DNA from: the human T2T-CHM13v2.0 reference genome, Homo sapiens
Strand: one strand, 5' to 3'
Assembly: GCF_009914755.1 (NCBI RefSeq)
Contig: NC_060934.1
DNA: 64,000 bases
Shown here: one piece after another, positions 1 to 13,771 of the stretch
Layout: every line of letters begins with the position of its first letter
Position numbering within the stretch: the first letter of the stretch is position 1
The notes under the pieces: generated by a model
Databases searched by the model: none
The model's input: the letters and a program-made list of their open reading frames with translations, nothing else
What the model was told of the DNA's origin: nothing
Translations under genes and position numbers: made by a program

Positions 1-408
1 AAAGTTAAAAAAGTTAAAAATATACCAACATAATAAAATAAAGGAAATAATAATTTCTTATGCAATGTTTTCTCTTTCACAGTCCACTCAGGGAATCTTC
101 ACTCCTTTGCTCTTCTGAGTCATCTGCAATCTACTGTGGCACATGCCTCCGGTACCATATCAATAGAAGAGCTCTTCTGGCCTGGTACTAGGTGGCAAAA
201 TAGACATCTCCTTAAATTACCCATTAGAGATCACTGAGAAATGGATGGAAAAATTAGTGCTGAGCCCCTTGCAGAAGCAGATACCTCATTCATCTGCCTC
301 ATTTGGTACTATAATACTATTACCTCAAATTACAAATTCACTGCACTTTCATCATGTTTTTACAAAGGGAGATTGGCCTGCCTGCAGAATCCAAGAAATT
401 AGACAGGG

Positions 409-826
409 TATGTTAGCCCATTCTTGCATTGCTCTAAGGAAAATACCCAAGGCTGGGTAATTTATAAAGATAAGTTGAATTGGCTCATCATTCTGTGTGC
501 CGTATAAGTAGCATGATGCCAGAATCTGCTGGTGGTGAGGGCCTCAGGAAGCTTCCACTCATGGTGGAAGATGAAGCAGGAACAAACATGTCACACAGGG
601 AGAGAGGTAGAGGTAGCAAGAGCGAGGAAGAGGTACCATGCTCTTTTAAACAAGCAGACTTTGTGTGAATTCCGAGTGAGAATCACTGATCACCAAGGAG
701 ATGGTGTTAAACCATTCATGAGGGAACCTAGCTAATGATCCAATCACTCCCACAAGGCCCCACCTCAACCCTGGGAGTCACATTTCAACATGAGATTTGG
801 AGGGGCCAAACATCCGAACCGTGTTA
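409..826 (-). mobile_element. MST-type (MSTA-like) ERVL-MaLR LTR
   Basis: Matches the MSTA LTR in antisense: starts tatgttagcccattcttgcattgct, contains ggcctcaggaagcttccactcatgg, and ends catgagatttggaggggccaaacatccgaaccgtgtta. Preceded by caggg. Confidence 0.85.
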
Positions 827-1685
827 TTCTGCCCCTGGACCCCTAAATCTCATGTTCGTCTAACATTGCAAATTCAATCATCCTTTTCAGATAGTTCCCC
901 AAAGTCTTAACTTGTTCCAGTATTAACTCAAAGTCAAAAGTTCAAAGTCTCACCTGAGACTGAAGGTACAATTCTTCCACCTGTGAACCTGTAAAATCAA
1001 AACGAAGTTATTTACTTTCAAGTTACAATGGTGGTACAGGCATTGGGTAAACATTCCCATTCTAAAGGGGAGAAATTGGCCAAAATAAAGGGGTAACATG
1101 TCCAACACAAGTCTTAAACCCAGTAGGGCAGTTATTAAATCTTAAAGCTACAACATAATCTTTGACTGCATGTCTTGCATCACGGTGTGAGAGGTGGGCT
1201 CCCAAAGTCTTGGGCAGCCCTGCCCTTGTGGCTTTGCAGGGTACATCCTTTGTGGCTGCTCTCGTGGTTGGAGTTGAGTGTCTGTGGGCTTTTCTAAGAA
1301 GAGGTTACAAGTTGACAGTGGATCTACCATTCTGGGGTCTGGAGGGCAATGGCCCCTTCCCACAGCTCCACTCAGCAGTGCCCTGGTAGGGACTCTGTGT
1401 GGGGGCTCCAACCCTACCTCTCCCCTTGGCACTACCCTAGTAGAAGTTTGCTTTTGGGACTCCATGTCTGCGGCAGGTTTTTGCCTGGGCACCCAGGGTT
1501 TCCCATACATTCTCTGAAATCTAGAAGGAAGCTGCCAAGCCTCCTTCATGTTTTCATTCTATATATGTCCCTGAAGGCCTAACACCACATGAAAGCCACT
1601 GTCTCATGGCTTGCACCATCTGAAGTGGTGGCATGAGCTGTACCTGGGGCCAGATTTGGAAGGAACAAACATCCCTACCATATAA
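827..1685 (-). mobile_element. MST-int internal fragment plus a 34-bp remnant of the second LTR (1652-1685)
   Basis: ttctgcccctggaccc...aaatctcatg directly follows the LTR. ORF 1148-1549 resembles the MaLR internal ORF (RFQRMYGKPWVPRQK). The element ends agatttggaaggaacaaacatccctaccatataa, followed by caggg (TSD). Confidence 0.8.
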
Positions 1686-2647
1686 CAGGGCATGCATAAT
1701 TTGGCCAAGAACAACATCCATTCCCCATATCTTGAGCTATAAGAATTATGACCTGTTCTGTAAGGTCAGGTAATTAGTTCTTCCTGTTGTCATTTCCCAT
1801 GATGATCTCTCTAGAACTTCTTATTGGTACTCTGAGAACTGTCTTGTTAAAATGTGAACTGAAATAAGCCCTTTTCTACTTGTCTCAGTGTTGAAGTTAA
1901 ATTATCTTGTAGCTCTCAATTCCCAGTCCTCTCATGGTTTTGGATACATGGAATGTCTTAGATATTTATAAAGAAAAGCTTGTGTAGATAGTATGATCAA
2001 GGAAGGTGTGCACCTCCAAACGAAGAAGTCAGTTTTCAGATTACATTTTAAAGGAAAGTTTATACCATTTTAAATCTGTAATTTCAGTCCATAATATATA
2101 ATAAGAAAATGCACATGTTCGCCATTAATGTCTTATATATCACAACACATGCATGTGCACATGCCCAATGAGAAAAAACCACAGTAACAATTTGTTCTGA
2201 CTCTAACTCTCTATTTCCCCCAAGACCTAATTATCTCCTGTTATTTCCAACCTCAAATCTTCCTTTCACAGAACCAAAGCATCTCTTTTACTAACTGCTA
2301 GTGATCCTGATTCTAAGTATCTATTGAGTTAATGATAAAGCTCCAAATCTGCAGCTGACATGTGAAACAGTCCTGCTGCTTCCTAGACATGTAAGGCCCC
2401 AGTTTTAGGAAGCTCTGAAGTTCACAGTGATAAGTGGTGAGGACTAACGAGAAGACCACAGAGGGGAATTGGAGTCACAAGCTCTTGGATTCAGAATTAG
2501 GTTTTAAGTCATAGGATAGCATTTTCTGCCTGAACTTTTTGTTTGTTTCTGCTTGAAAAGGATATGGAAGTGAAGAGGAATTCAGATCTCTAGAAGCAAT
2601 GCACTATGGGAGACTCACACACTTCTGCCATATAAACCCAAACTTCC

Positions 2648-2773
2648 ACTAGGCTGTAAGCTCTATGAAGTCAGGAGCTTGTGTACTGTTCATTATTGTT
2701 TCTCCATGTCCTGGCACTTAGTGGGCACTCAAAATATGCTTGTTGATAAATAAAGGATTGAATGAAGAATGAA
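2648..2773 (+). mobile_element. L2 3' end fragment
   Basis: actaggctgtaagctctatgaag...cctggcacttagtgggcactcaaaatatgcttgttga...gaatgaa is the typical L2 terminus. Confidence 0.7.
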
Positions 2774-3465
2774 AGTTGAAAGACTTCTTTGCTTTGTATA
2801 TTTTCTGTGTTTATTTTCATTTTATCACCCTTAATTTTTACCAAGTTTTTTTGTAAATTCAGTGTTGTCTCATATGCGTAGGGGTTAGGTTTACACAAAT
2901 ATGCTCATTTGCTCAGTAGTTGGGCCCGAGGTTAAAAGCAGCATATGGGAAGTGACATTTCCTCACAGCCAGCAAGGCAGAAAAGAAGTATGAATGGAAG
3001 AAAAAGGCCCCATAGAAAAGAAGACACCCATGAGATCAAATACAAAGATCTAGATTCCATGGTTGAAATTTTTATCTTTGTTTTAAATAGGATGTTGATT
3101 CCCTTCAAAATAGAAAATGCTGCAAAGTTTTGTTTCCTTAAGTAAAAAATCAGAGCCAGAGTGCAAATTGTCAAAGCCAAGCTTCCTGGAATCTGAGACC
3201 AATAAAAGGGTGTAATGTTGGAAAGTTTCAAGTGAACAGAAGGAAACTACTTTGGGAAGAACACACTTGGACACCCGGGACCCCTTTTCAACTTGCTGAT
3301 CCTACACTAGAGTAGCCTGAATCCAGGAAATGTTCTGTTTTTTTGTTTTAAGACCACAGTGTAAAAACAATTGCCCCTCTAGGACCTGATGAACAACATT
3401 GGAAAATATACTACAAAAAAGAATGGTGAGAATTTCCTTAAATATAAGTGGACTAATTCATCCAC

Positions 3466-4545
3466 TGTTGTGAGAAGTCAGGGACCCCGAATGGAAGGAC
3501 CGGCTGAAGACATGGCAGAAGAACATAAATTGTGGATTTCATGGACATTTATTAGTTCCCCAAATTAATACTTTTATAATTTCTTACTCCTGTCTTTACT
3601 GCAATCTCTGAACATAAATTGTGAAGATTTCATGGACATTTATCACTTCCCTAATCAATACTCTTGTGATTTCCTATGCCTGTCCTTACTTTAATCTCTT
3701 AATCCCGTCATCTTTGTAAGCTGAGGACGTATGTCGCCTCAGGACCCGGTGATGATTGCATTAACTGCACAAATTGTTCATAAAGCATGTGTGTTTAAAC
3801 AATATGAAATCTGGGCACCTTGAAAAAAGAACAGGATAACAGCAATGTTCAGGGAACAAGGGAGATAACCATTAGGTCTGACTGCCTGAGAGCTGGGTGG
3901 AACAGAGCCATATTTCTCTTCTTACAAAAGCAAATAGGAGAAATATTGCTGAATTCTTTTTCTCAGCAAGGAACAGCCCTGAGAAAGAGAATGCGTTCCT
4001 ATGAGGAGGTCTCTAAAATGGCTGCTCTAGGAATGTCTGTCTTATACGGTTGTAATAAGGGATGAAATAAGCCCCAGTCTCCTGTAGCGCTCCCAGGTCT
4101 GTTAGGACGAGGAAATTCCTGCCTAGTAAATTTTAGTCAGACTGGTTGTCTGCTCCCAAACCCTGTCTCCTGATAAGATATCAACGACAATGCGTGCCGA
4201 GTGGGACATGAAACTTCATTAGCAATTTTAATTTCGCTCCAGTCCTGTGATCTCACTCTGCCCCCATTTGCCTTGTGATATTTTACTGCCTTGTGAAGCA
4301 TGTGATCTCTGTGACCCATACCCTATTTGTACACTCCCTCCCCTTTAAAAATCACTAATAAAAACTTGCTGGCTTTGCGGCTCAGAGGCCATTACAGAAC
4401 CTGCCGACATGTGACGTCTCCCCCAGACACCCAGCTTTAAAATTTATCTCTTTTGTACTCCTTCCCTTTATTTCTCAGACTGGCCGACACTTAGGGAAAG
4501 TAGAAAAGAACCTACACTGAAATATTGGGGGTGGTTCCACTGATA
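3466..4545 (+). mobile_element. MER11 solo LTR (MER11C-sized, ERVK/HML-8)
   Basis: Begins tgttgtgagaagtcagggaccccgaatggaaggaccggctgaag. Internal direct repeat gaacataaattgtg..gatttcatggacatttat. AATAAA at 4357-4362. Ends ggttccactgata. 6-bp TSD atccac (3460-3465, 4546-4551). Length 1080 bp. Confidence 0.92.
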
Positions 4546-5419
4546 ATCCACAAAAAGTTTTCTCTTAGTCTGTGATCCTGGGTGTTGACTTAGCTCATGA
4601 AAACATGTCTCAGAAGATCCCACATCAGGCACAAGGTCCAGTCTTGGACCTTGTATAGGTGGAATCCCAAACGTTCACTTTTAGAGCTCAAATGCTCTTC
4701 TTCCCTCTTGACACAGAAGATCATCTGGAGGATGTAGTTTGCTGAAGGACTGAGTGGACTAAGTAAGAATCAGTTTGTTAGGAGTTTTCCTCAGTCCCTC
4801 TCTCCAATCTCATTTTTCTCTAATCCCTCACACATCCACTACCCAGCATCATGCTGTATGCTCTCCTTGTGCTGATTGATTTCAGACATATATCTTGGGG
4901 GAAAACTATTGTCTTATCCAGTGGCTGAGATGAAGGTGACTGTGAACCATGTGCCCATCCCTGGCAGAAGGTTTTGTGATTGTGGTAATTGTCATGGAGA
5001 TAACACTGTTTTAGAGAACAATACTCACATCAACTCTCTCCCTGGATGGAAGAGTAGCTGGTGTGCCCTTTCTACCTGTGACCAGCTCCTCCCCAATAGC
5101 CAATGCATGCTGCTTTTTACAAAGGGAAAGGTCAGGCTAATGGTGCCAAAGATCCAAAGAGCTAAACAAAGACTCTCCCAGGGAGGTTAGTATCTGTCTT
5201 CCTAAAGCTGAGACAGAGCAAAGGAAGTGCATGATCAGAATAAAATGAATTGCCTTGGATAGCCAGCATGAAAGGTAGAGAATTTTTGAAAGATTTTTTG
5301 GGTCCTTCATTTTTTAAAAGGGTAATAGCCTTTAAAGTAAGTATGATTTTCTTCAAGGTCTAAGAGAGCCCCATATTCACTTTGAGATTTGAGTTTTGAG
5401 CTCTGAATGGAAACACCCT

Positions 5420-5456
5420 TGTATTACTCAGGGTTCTACCAAGAAACAGAACCAAG

Positions 5457-5499
<43 letters not shown>

Positions 5500-5916
5500 T
5501 TATAAGAAATTGGCTCAAATAATTGCAGAGGCTGACAAGTCTCAAAATATGTAGTTGACAATCTGGAGCATCAGAGGAGCTGATAGTGTAAGTTTCAGTA
5601 TGAAAGCCAGCAGACTTAAGACCCAAGAAGAGCTGGTATTTCACTTCATGTATAAGAATGATGTCCTGGATCAGAGACTGTTGGGCAGGAAAAGTCCTCC
5701 CTTCCCCTGGAGTTAACATTTTTGTTCTATTCAGACCATCAGCTGATTTGATGAGGCCCACCCATATTAGAGAGGATCTTCTGCTTTATTCAGTCTGTCT
5801 AGTTAAATGTTAATTTCATCCAAGAAAACCCTCACAGAAACACCCAGAATAATATTTAACCAAAAATCTGGGCATCTGTGGCTCAGTCAAGTTGACACAT
5901 AAAATTAACCATCACA
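5420..5916 (-). mobile_element. MLT2B-like ERVL solo LTR
   Basis: tgtattactcagggttct...agaaacagaacc and the terminal cagtcaagttgacacataaaattaaccatcaca. acaccc occurs on both flanks. Confidence 0.85.
5459..5498 (+). repeat. (GT)20 microsatellite inside the MLT2 LTR
   Basis: Perfect GT run read directly. Confidence 0.97.
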
Positions 5917-5964
5917 ACACCCATCTTGACCACATTACTTATTTCAATAGAAATTATTAATTTA

Positions 5965-6001
5965 AGGGGAAAACTAGCAGGGGAAAACTAGCAGGGGAAA
6001 C
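5965..6001 (+). repeat. 14-bp tandem duplication (aggggaaaactagc, about 2.6 copies)
   Basis: Read directly. Confidence 0.9.
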
Positions 6002-7469
6002 AGGAAAAGGAAAATGAAGGGCATGATATCTCACTGTAATATTGTTTATCCTGATGTCCAAGAGGGATACATGATTGCTTATAAAATCAGCTGTTTGAAT
6101 TATGAAACAAGGCATGGTGATACCACTCAATTTAGTGTAAATTTTTTTTAAGTCATGAGAGAAACAGAAACTGAATTGAAAAAACTGAAATACCAAGTGC
6201 TATTGCACGGATGGACCTTCTACTATCACATCAGATTGTGTCCTTCCCCTGACCCCACTCCAAACATTTCAGCTTTGCTCTTTGTCCACTCAGAGGGCCT
6301 TTGCAAATGCAAGCATGCTTGTCCTTGGAGACACAGAGCACATGTGGAAGTGTTAGGAAACCTGCAGAGGCACCTGGGCCATTCAGATTGATTGGTGGTG
6401 CAGTAAGTGGATTGAGACAACAGGGGAGCTGATTATTTATTATGAGATAGATATGAGCTGTAACAGTGATGGGAGAGGGAAAGTTGGGAGGAGAATGGAG
6501 ATTTTATTGCAGTTTAACAAAGAGCCTGTTTCCTAGTGTCTTCTAAGACTGGCACACCACCGGGCTTGCTCCTCTATGTTAGCAGGCTTAAATTAGGTGA
6601 TAATAAATCCTAGTTTCTGATAGCCAAAGTAACTTCTTTCTTTACTTCATTACCCCCTTGCCCCAGATGACCATGATAACTAGAGTAAATACCAATCCTG
6701 GAGAAAAATTCTGAAGGTAAAGTGATTCCAAAATTCTGTCAGGGATAAATGTGACTGTCTGACAAGTTTCATAGTCAGAATGCTTTTCTGGTTGGCAGAT
6801 GAAAATATTTCTCAGACTTGAAAAAGTTACCTTCCATTACTTTCTCTCCTATTTTCTTGCCTATTTTCCTGATAATGCAAATCTCACAGCAGAGAAAGAG
6901 GAGAGAATAAAATAAAACCCAAACCTAATACTAAAATGAAGCTGTTGTTGAGTAGGGGAGAAGGCTGGGGGAGACAGAAAGAGAGAGTTTCCTAATCTTA
7001 AGCAGGGCCAGTAGATCACACAGAGGTGTAGTTATCAGCTGCTCAAGAGTGGGTCCCTCAGTATCACACACCAGGCTGTTCTGGACATGGGGTGGGTGTG
7101 TGTGGGCCTGTGAAAAAGATGCACAAAATGTTCAGGCATAAGTTTGCAGGTTTTTGAATCTGTGTTCAAGGCCTTCACCATCTGCCCTTCGGTTGCATTA
7201 TACGCAGTTGAGATGGGGCACTCCTGTTGTTCAAAATCTCACAGGCATGAGGATAAAAGATCTTTACCCCTGCCAAAAAGATCATTCTTTCTTGGTGTAG
7301 GTTACTTGCTTGGAAGAGATTTAAAGACTGAGCAAATTCTAAGAGATTTCCAGCCATCTCTCTCTGAGGTGAGCTTCCTTCTTCTATGGAAGTATCACCG
7401 TGAGACTTCCCAGCAATGAGGAAAGCCCAGCACGCACGCAGAGAAACATCTTGTTGAACAAAAGGTAAG

Positions 7470-8510
7470 CGAGGATTTCTTAACTAGGTTACAAAGAGCA
7501 TAAATCATAAATGTAGGTTAATTTTCATAAAATGATAATTACATTTTCTGTTTATTAAGGAATATACACAATGACAATTTAAAAACTAAGCAAAAGGATA
7601 TTTGCAACACATTTAACACTGCCCTCCAACAAAAAAAAACATGATAAATAAGGAGAAAAATACAAAATTCCACCAAACACTAAGAAATCAAATAACCCAG
7701 GGCATGAGGAGATCAGCAAAGATGTAAACAGAAAACTCACAGAAGAAATTTGAATTGCCAGTACAGATATGACAAAATGCTTTGTCATTAGTAATCATGG
7801 AAATTCACATTAAAACCACAAATCTCACATTAATCAGGCTGGAAAAAATTTTAAAAGTCTGATGATATATGTTGGGAAAGATATGGAGATATGAGGACAT
7901 TTATACTTTGCTGGTGAATGTGTAAATTGATACCATCTCTTTTAGTTTGACAATAACCAGTAAAATTGATGTTGCACAAATCCTCTGAGCTGGTATATAC
8001 CCTTAGGATATTCTTGAACATTTATGCCAGAAACATGTAGGAAAACACTTATAATAACATTATTCTTAACAGTAAGATCTGGAACCAATCCAATGCAAAT
8101 GTTCATTACCTGAAGAATGAATAGATTATGATATATTCAAACATCAAAAAAAATGGAACACAACACAATAGCAGGATGAAAAAAAACTAGACCTACAAAT
8201 ATCAAACGTACTTGAGAAAAAGAGTTGCAAAATATATATGACTATATATATATACATATGAAAAACATACAAAACAATACTGCATGTTTCTTAGAGGTTC
8301 ATATAAGTTCTAGTTAAAATATGAATAAAGACATAAGAATGAAAAACACTAAATTCAAGATAGTGTTTTTCTGGAAAAGGAAAATTATTTGGGAGAGTTC
8401 CAAAGGGGCATTTAGTTTGTTGACAATGTTTTATTCCTTAACAGGTTGTGAATGCACAGATGTTTAATGCATTGTTTTAATATTTGTATGTCTTAAATAT
8501 AGCAAATTAA
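7470..8510 (+). mobile_element. Ancient L1ME-like ORF2 3' end / 3' UTR fragment
   Basis: Degenerate L1 motifs: caaagatgtaaacagaaaactcacagaag, cattagtaatcatggaaattcacattaaaaccaca, gctggtgaatgtgtaaattg. Confidence 0.7.
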
Positions 8511-8511
8511 C

Positions 8512-8622
8512 TTATTTATTGATTGATTGACAACATCATCTATATTTATTGTGTAAATGTTTTGAAATATGTATATGCTATGGAAGGGCTAAATCAAGCT
8601 AATTAACATGAGCATTACCTCT
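8512..8622 (-). mobile_element. L1MA (MA4-like) extreme 3' end
   Basis: ttttgaaatatgtata...ggctaaatcaagctaattaacatgagcattacctc is the antisense L1MA 3' terminus. Confidence 0.7.
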
Positions 8623-8889
8623 GTATAGCTCTATGGTAGGACATTTGGCTGCAAAGCAAATAAACATTTTAAAATGGAAGTCATAGTAGCTGGCGATGTA
8701 TGGTAAAGCTCTTGTTCCCTTCCTTTTGGGGCAAAATATTGCTTACAGAAACATTCTCCACACTTTCCTCAAAGCTATACAATCCATTCAAAGATGTAGC
8801 AAGAAAGAACTGCGAAAACAAGCAAAAACCTGTTTAATACTAGGAAAACGTTACACCATGGCCAAGTACATAGAGTATATAAAGTAGAT

Positions 8890-9404
8890 ATTCATTTTTG
8901 CCATGTCTGTGTTTAATGACCTCCCATTCCATGCTCCCTCTTTGTTAATAGCTTCATTTCCCTCTGAAAGACTCTCCCTCCTCCATTCACAACACACATT
9001 CTTGGCATGGACCTCGGGGAAGGATGTGACCTCTGTCAAAGCTAGTCACCAGGTTACAGTAACCGGTTCAAAAGATTTTGCAAGAAGTCCTTGGAAAGGG
9101 ACTCTTGCTGTTTTCTACTCCACTGGCTGAGACCAAGAGAGAATGTGCATGCCAAAGCTGCTTCAGGCTCTCTGTGAGCAGGAGGTTCTCCAGCTAGTCT
9201 AAGCATGAAGGCCATGAGGAACAGAACCAAGTGGAGACAGAGGGTGGGAGAAACCAAGTCCTGGTGGATTTCTCAAACTTTCCAATCAATCTGTGTCTGA
9301 TACGAGTCCCACCTCCGAGCTCTTGGGAACTGAAGGTCAATACACCCTCTTCAGAAGCCTGATTTGGCTTTTCTCTTTCTTACCCAAAGTGGTCCTAGCT
9401 GATA
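8890..9404 (+). mobile_element. Degenerate MLT1 (K/J-like) MaLR LTR
   Basis: gagacagag...gagaaaccaagtcctggtgg and the terminal ccaaagtggtcctagctgata resemble old MLT1 LTRs. Confidence 0.45.
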
Positions 9405-11039
9405 AATCTTGCAATACTAGTAAAATGTCAACATGAACCCCCTTGTTAGTCATAGGAGCAATGGCAGTTTTGGCTGAAAGGAGAGTGCTCTGCCCTCCTT
9501 GCCCATCCATCTCCCATCTGCCAGGTCATCAGTTCCCTGCCATGCTTTCCTAACCAGCTCAGTAGCGAGCAAAGGAAACACAGCTGGCTCCACTCAGATG
9601 CAATACCTAGTTCTTTTGTCACAGAATTGCCTAATCAAAACAACCAAAATTGGCTTCCCAGAAATTAAACCCTTCTTTTGACTAGAGACTCTTATCCCAG
9701 CCAAAAACACTTGATGAAGACCCAGTGCGGGGGTCATTGTTATCTTCATTTTGAGTAACGGAGGAAAATGAAGGGAAAGAAGATGAGTCTGTGAGGAGGT
9801 AATTTGTTTCTTCTGTTAGATGTTTTGCAACACAGGGGATGACCTAAATTTAAAGTTTCTTTAAACAGCATGTAACCAGACTAATGAAAATCAAAGTTCA
9901 AGGGCTTATTTCAATTATGATGAACAATCCACCCATTTGTAAGGATTTATTGACTAGCTGGGGAATATTTAAAATTTGCATTTCACTTGCCACTTTAGAA
10001 TTTTTTCTAAGAGCATTTAATCTTCTTTCCTCTTTCTCTGTTCTTTAAAAGGTCTTGACTTGCTATTCTTAAATGAAATTATCCTTGTCTGCTTCCTCTT
10101 CAGTGAAATGAAACCAGCTTTAAATAACTCACCTACACACCTGAGTTTTAAAACTTTTTGAGCAAATACTTTCTCTCAAAGCCCCTACATCTTGTGATAC
10201 CACTGCTACTCTATTCTATCTTATTCCATTCCACTCTATTTTGAAGTACCTTGGAAAGGTACCTTGGTAAGATACTTTCCACTGCCTTAACTGCTGTGGA
10301 AATAATTTCTCACTTTCAGAGGTGTTTTGTAATTATTTAGGAAAATCTTTGAACCAGCAAAACCACATTTTTTTCTTTGACTTCTTTGACTTTTATCTAA
10401 TATGGAAATATTTTCAATCAGTGAATAAAGTTAATGGTACCTGGAGTCTTGTCAGCTCTATTTGTTTTCCTGCCCTAGCATCTGGCTCCAAAGGGACTTT
10501 TCCAGTCATGTGCCTTTGTTCTTAGGTGACTTTAGTGACCTTCTGATCTACACGAAGAAGACTGATCCTACATTTCTCAGGCTCTTTTCCTACCTACTAG
10601 GTAGGTTTATCCACAAGGGAGCATTGATGGGTGAATGGCAAGCAGAAGCAGGGTAGAATCCGTCTTTCTTCTTCTTTTTAGGGGCATGGCTTCATCTCCC
10701 ATATAAGCTCTACTTTTTTTGCGAGCCTCTGGTCTGATTCTGCTTTCTATCTGGTAGAATTGACTCTTGGCCTTTGTAAATACCTCCTCACATTGTTAGT
10801 CTTAGGAGTAGAAACAGCTTTCTGCTGTGGCTGATCTACAGTTTGCTCTCCCATACCCTGTTTGTCTTTGTGATGCTTACAGCATCTGTGTTAACTAGTT
10901 CTCCTATTAAATTTCTTCCACCGAACTACCTGTCATTCACTCTGCTTTCCATACTTGACTCTGATTGATATGTGACTAAAAATTGGATTATACTTGTTAT
11001 TCATTTAACCTACATTTTAAACTTTAGTTTTGGAAACAG

Positions 11040-12330
11040 ATAGAATTGAGGGTCCAAAATCCTGGAGGGAAGAATATAGAAAAGTGAGCCCAACATTCTG
11101 CATGAAGTTTTCTCTTGCATCTGCCAATTTCTAAGAGGCTGATAAATCAAATAGAATTTAAGAGATGAAGAAGCTAAGGAAACATTTCAGGAATCTCAAG
11201 GCACTGGAGAGAGAGAGAGACAGAGAGAGAAAGAGGCAGAGAAAGAAAGCTCATTTTAGGGTCTACCATAGAGAAGGGATCTTGAAAATAGCATAGACAT
11301 TTAGTTGAGACCCTAAATGGCTCCTTCTAGGGATGAGCAAAGTGGAAGTAGGCCAGACCTCAAAAAGTCTAAAACAAAATCTCAAGACATTCAATTACTG
11401 ATTAAATCAAGGTGGTCTTCCCAAGGTGGTCTCTCAGAGGAAAATTAAATTATATCTGGAGGAATATAAATTACCCAAAGCCTCAATATTTTTCAAAAAA
11501 TATTGTAAAACATACCAAGCATGACAGAATAAAATATCAGATGACTAAAAGTCACTAGGAAAAAAAGAAAAAATAACAGAGACATGATGTAATAAAATTT
11601 GAAGTAATCAGTCAGGCACTTAAAACAGCAACTATGGTTAACATGTTTGAGAAAATAGAAAATTTCACTGCAGAACTGCAATGTATAATAAGAGACCACT
11701 GGAAATTCTAGAGTTAAAATAATTCTATTATATGAGTTAGTAGCAGTGTAGTTGCAACAGAACCAATTAATAGTGAACTAAAATATAGGACAGCAGAAAA
11801 TAGATTGAAACATGAAGAGAGATATATAAATGAAAAAATAAGGCATGACAAAATGTTTAAACAAATGAAATCTCAGGTGGAACTGAAAGAGAAAAAGAAT
11901 AGGGCAAAAAAGATATTTAAAGAGCTATAGGCTAAGAATTTCACAAAATCTAATAAAAACACTCAAAATCAAATTCAAGAGAATTTGCAAACCATAGCAG
12001 CATAAATACAAATAAATCTACATTTAAGTAGATTTCTAATATAATAAATAAAACTAGAGTAACCAAAGTCAAAGTGAAAAAATCTTAAAAGCAACCAAGA
12101 AGGGTAAAGAAAGCTTGTTAGTTTTTTTTTTTTTAAAAAGCAATAATAAGACTGGCATGAACAACAAAAGGTAAAACAATACCAAGTTCTGAAATCAAAT
12201 ATCTACTAACCTAGAGTTTGATATTTCAAAAATGATGGCAAAATATTTTTGCAAAGAAAAGAGAAAATGTATGCCAGTAGTCCCACATTAAAATAAAGAA
12301 TAAAAATATAAAGAAATGTCATGCAGATTA
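11040..12330 (+). mobile_element. Ancient L1M 5'/ORF1 region
   Basis: A-rich ORF1-like motifs: gatatttaaagagctataggctaagaatttc, aaaatcttaaaagcaacc. Includes a (GA)n tract at about 11207-11250. Confidence 0.55.
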
Positions 12331-13725
12331 AAGACTTTATTCAATTATAAATCATAAAATATACAAATTTCTAAATTGAAAGAATCAATAGAAAGTTTCA
12401 GTAGCAGATTTGATCAAGCAGAAGAAAGAATCAACAAAAGAGAAGATAGTTTACTTGAAATTATCCAGTAAGAGAAACAAAAAGAAAAATAAGTTTATAA
12501 AGGTGAGTAAATCATATGGTACTTACAGAACAACATCAAGAAAAGCAATATACATGATATTGAAGATTTTAGAAGAGCAGAAAAAGAGAAAAACTAAAAA
12601 AAGAAAGCTTATTTAAAGAAATGAAAACAGAAATTGTGAAAATCTGAAGAAGGAAATGAACAGCCAGACCTATGAATAGCAAAGAACGCCAAGTGGTTTG
12701 ATTATTAAGATACATTATATTCAAGATACATTATGTTAAAATTCATTATGTTAAAACTGTCAAGAGACAAAGATAATTTTTAAAGTAGTGAGAGAAAAAC
12801 ACTTCATCACACACAAGGGAATCTCCACAGGACTATCAGCGGATTTCTCAGCAGAAACCTTACAGGCCAGGGTAGATTGGGATAATATATTCAAAGGCCT
12901 GAAAAATAAAATGAAACAAACAAAAGCAAACAACAATAACAAAAACATGACAATCAAGAATACTATACCAAGAAAATGTGTTCTTTGGAAATGGAGAGAT
13001 AAAGACTTTCCCATGCAAACAAAAGCTGAAGGAGTTCATCATTACTAATATTATTTTACAAGAAATGCAAAAGAGTGTTCTTCCAGTTGAAATGAAAGAA
13101 TGCTAATCAGCAACATGAAAGCAAATGAAGACGTAAAACTCACTGGTTAAGATGAGTGTATAGCCAAATTCAGAATACTTTAATATTGTAATGGTGGTGT
13201 GTGAATCACTTTTAACTCTAATACAAAACTGCTAGTACAAAAGTTAAAAGATGAATGTATTATATTTATAATATTTTTAATGGATACACAATATTAAAGG
13301 ATATAAATTGTGATATAAATAACATGAAATGTGAGGAGGGGAGTAAAAGTGTAGAGTTTTTGTATGTGATTAAAAGTAAGTTTATATCAGCTTAAAAGAG
13401 ACCGTTATAACTATAATATGTTTTAATTAAGCCTTATGGTAATCACAAAGAAAAACCTGTAGTAGGTACACAAAAGATAGGAAGAAATGAATGAAAGCAT
13501 ACCATTATAGAAAATCGTCAAATAACAAAAACAACAAAAGAAGAGAAAAGAACAAAAGGAACTACAAATCAGTCAGAAAACAATTAACAAAATGATAAGT
13601 CCTTATTTATCAACAATATCTTTAAATGGAAATAGATTAAATTCTCCAATTAATGACAAAGATTGGAAGAATGATTTAACAAAAGAAGATCCAATTATAT
13701 GCTACCTACAAGAGACTTACTTTAG

Positions 13726-13763
13726 CTCAGCTTTCCAGTAACAGAACACTATGCATAAACGGC
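13726..13763 (-). mobile_element. Inverted partial MER85 5' end
   Basis: ctcagctttccagtaacagaacactatgcataaacggc is the degenerate reverse complement of the first ~38 nt of MER85. Confidence 0.75.
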
Positions 13764-13771
13764 ATAAGCAA

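Noticed and set aside
7325-7470. Strong splice donors (GAG|gtgagc, AAG|gtaagc)
   Set aside because: No convincing paired acceptor or reading frame. Isolated donors are common by chance.
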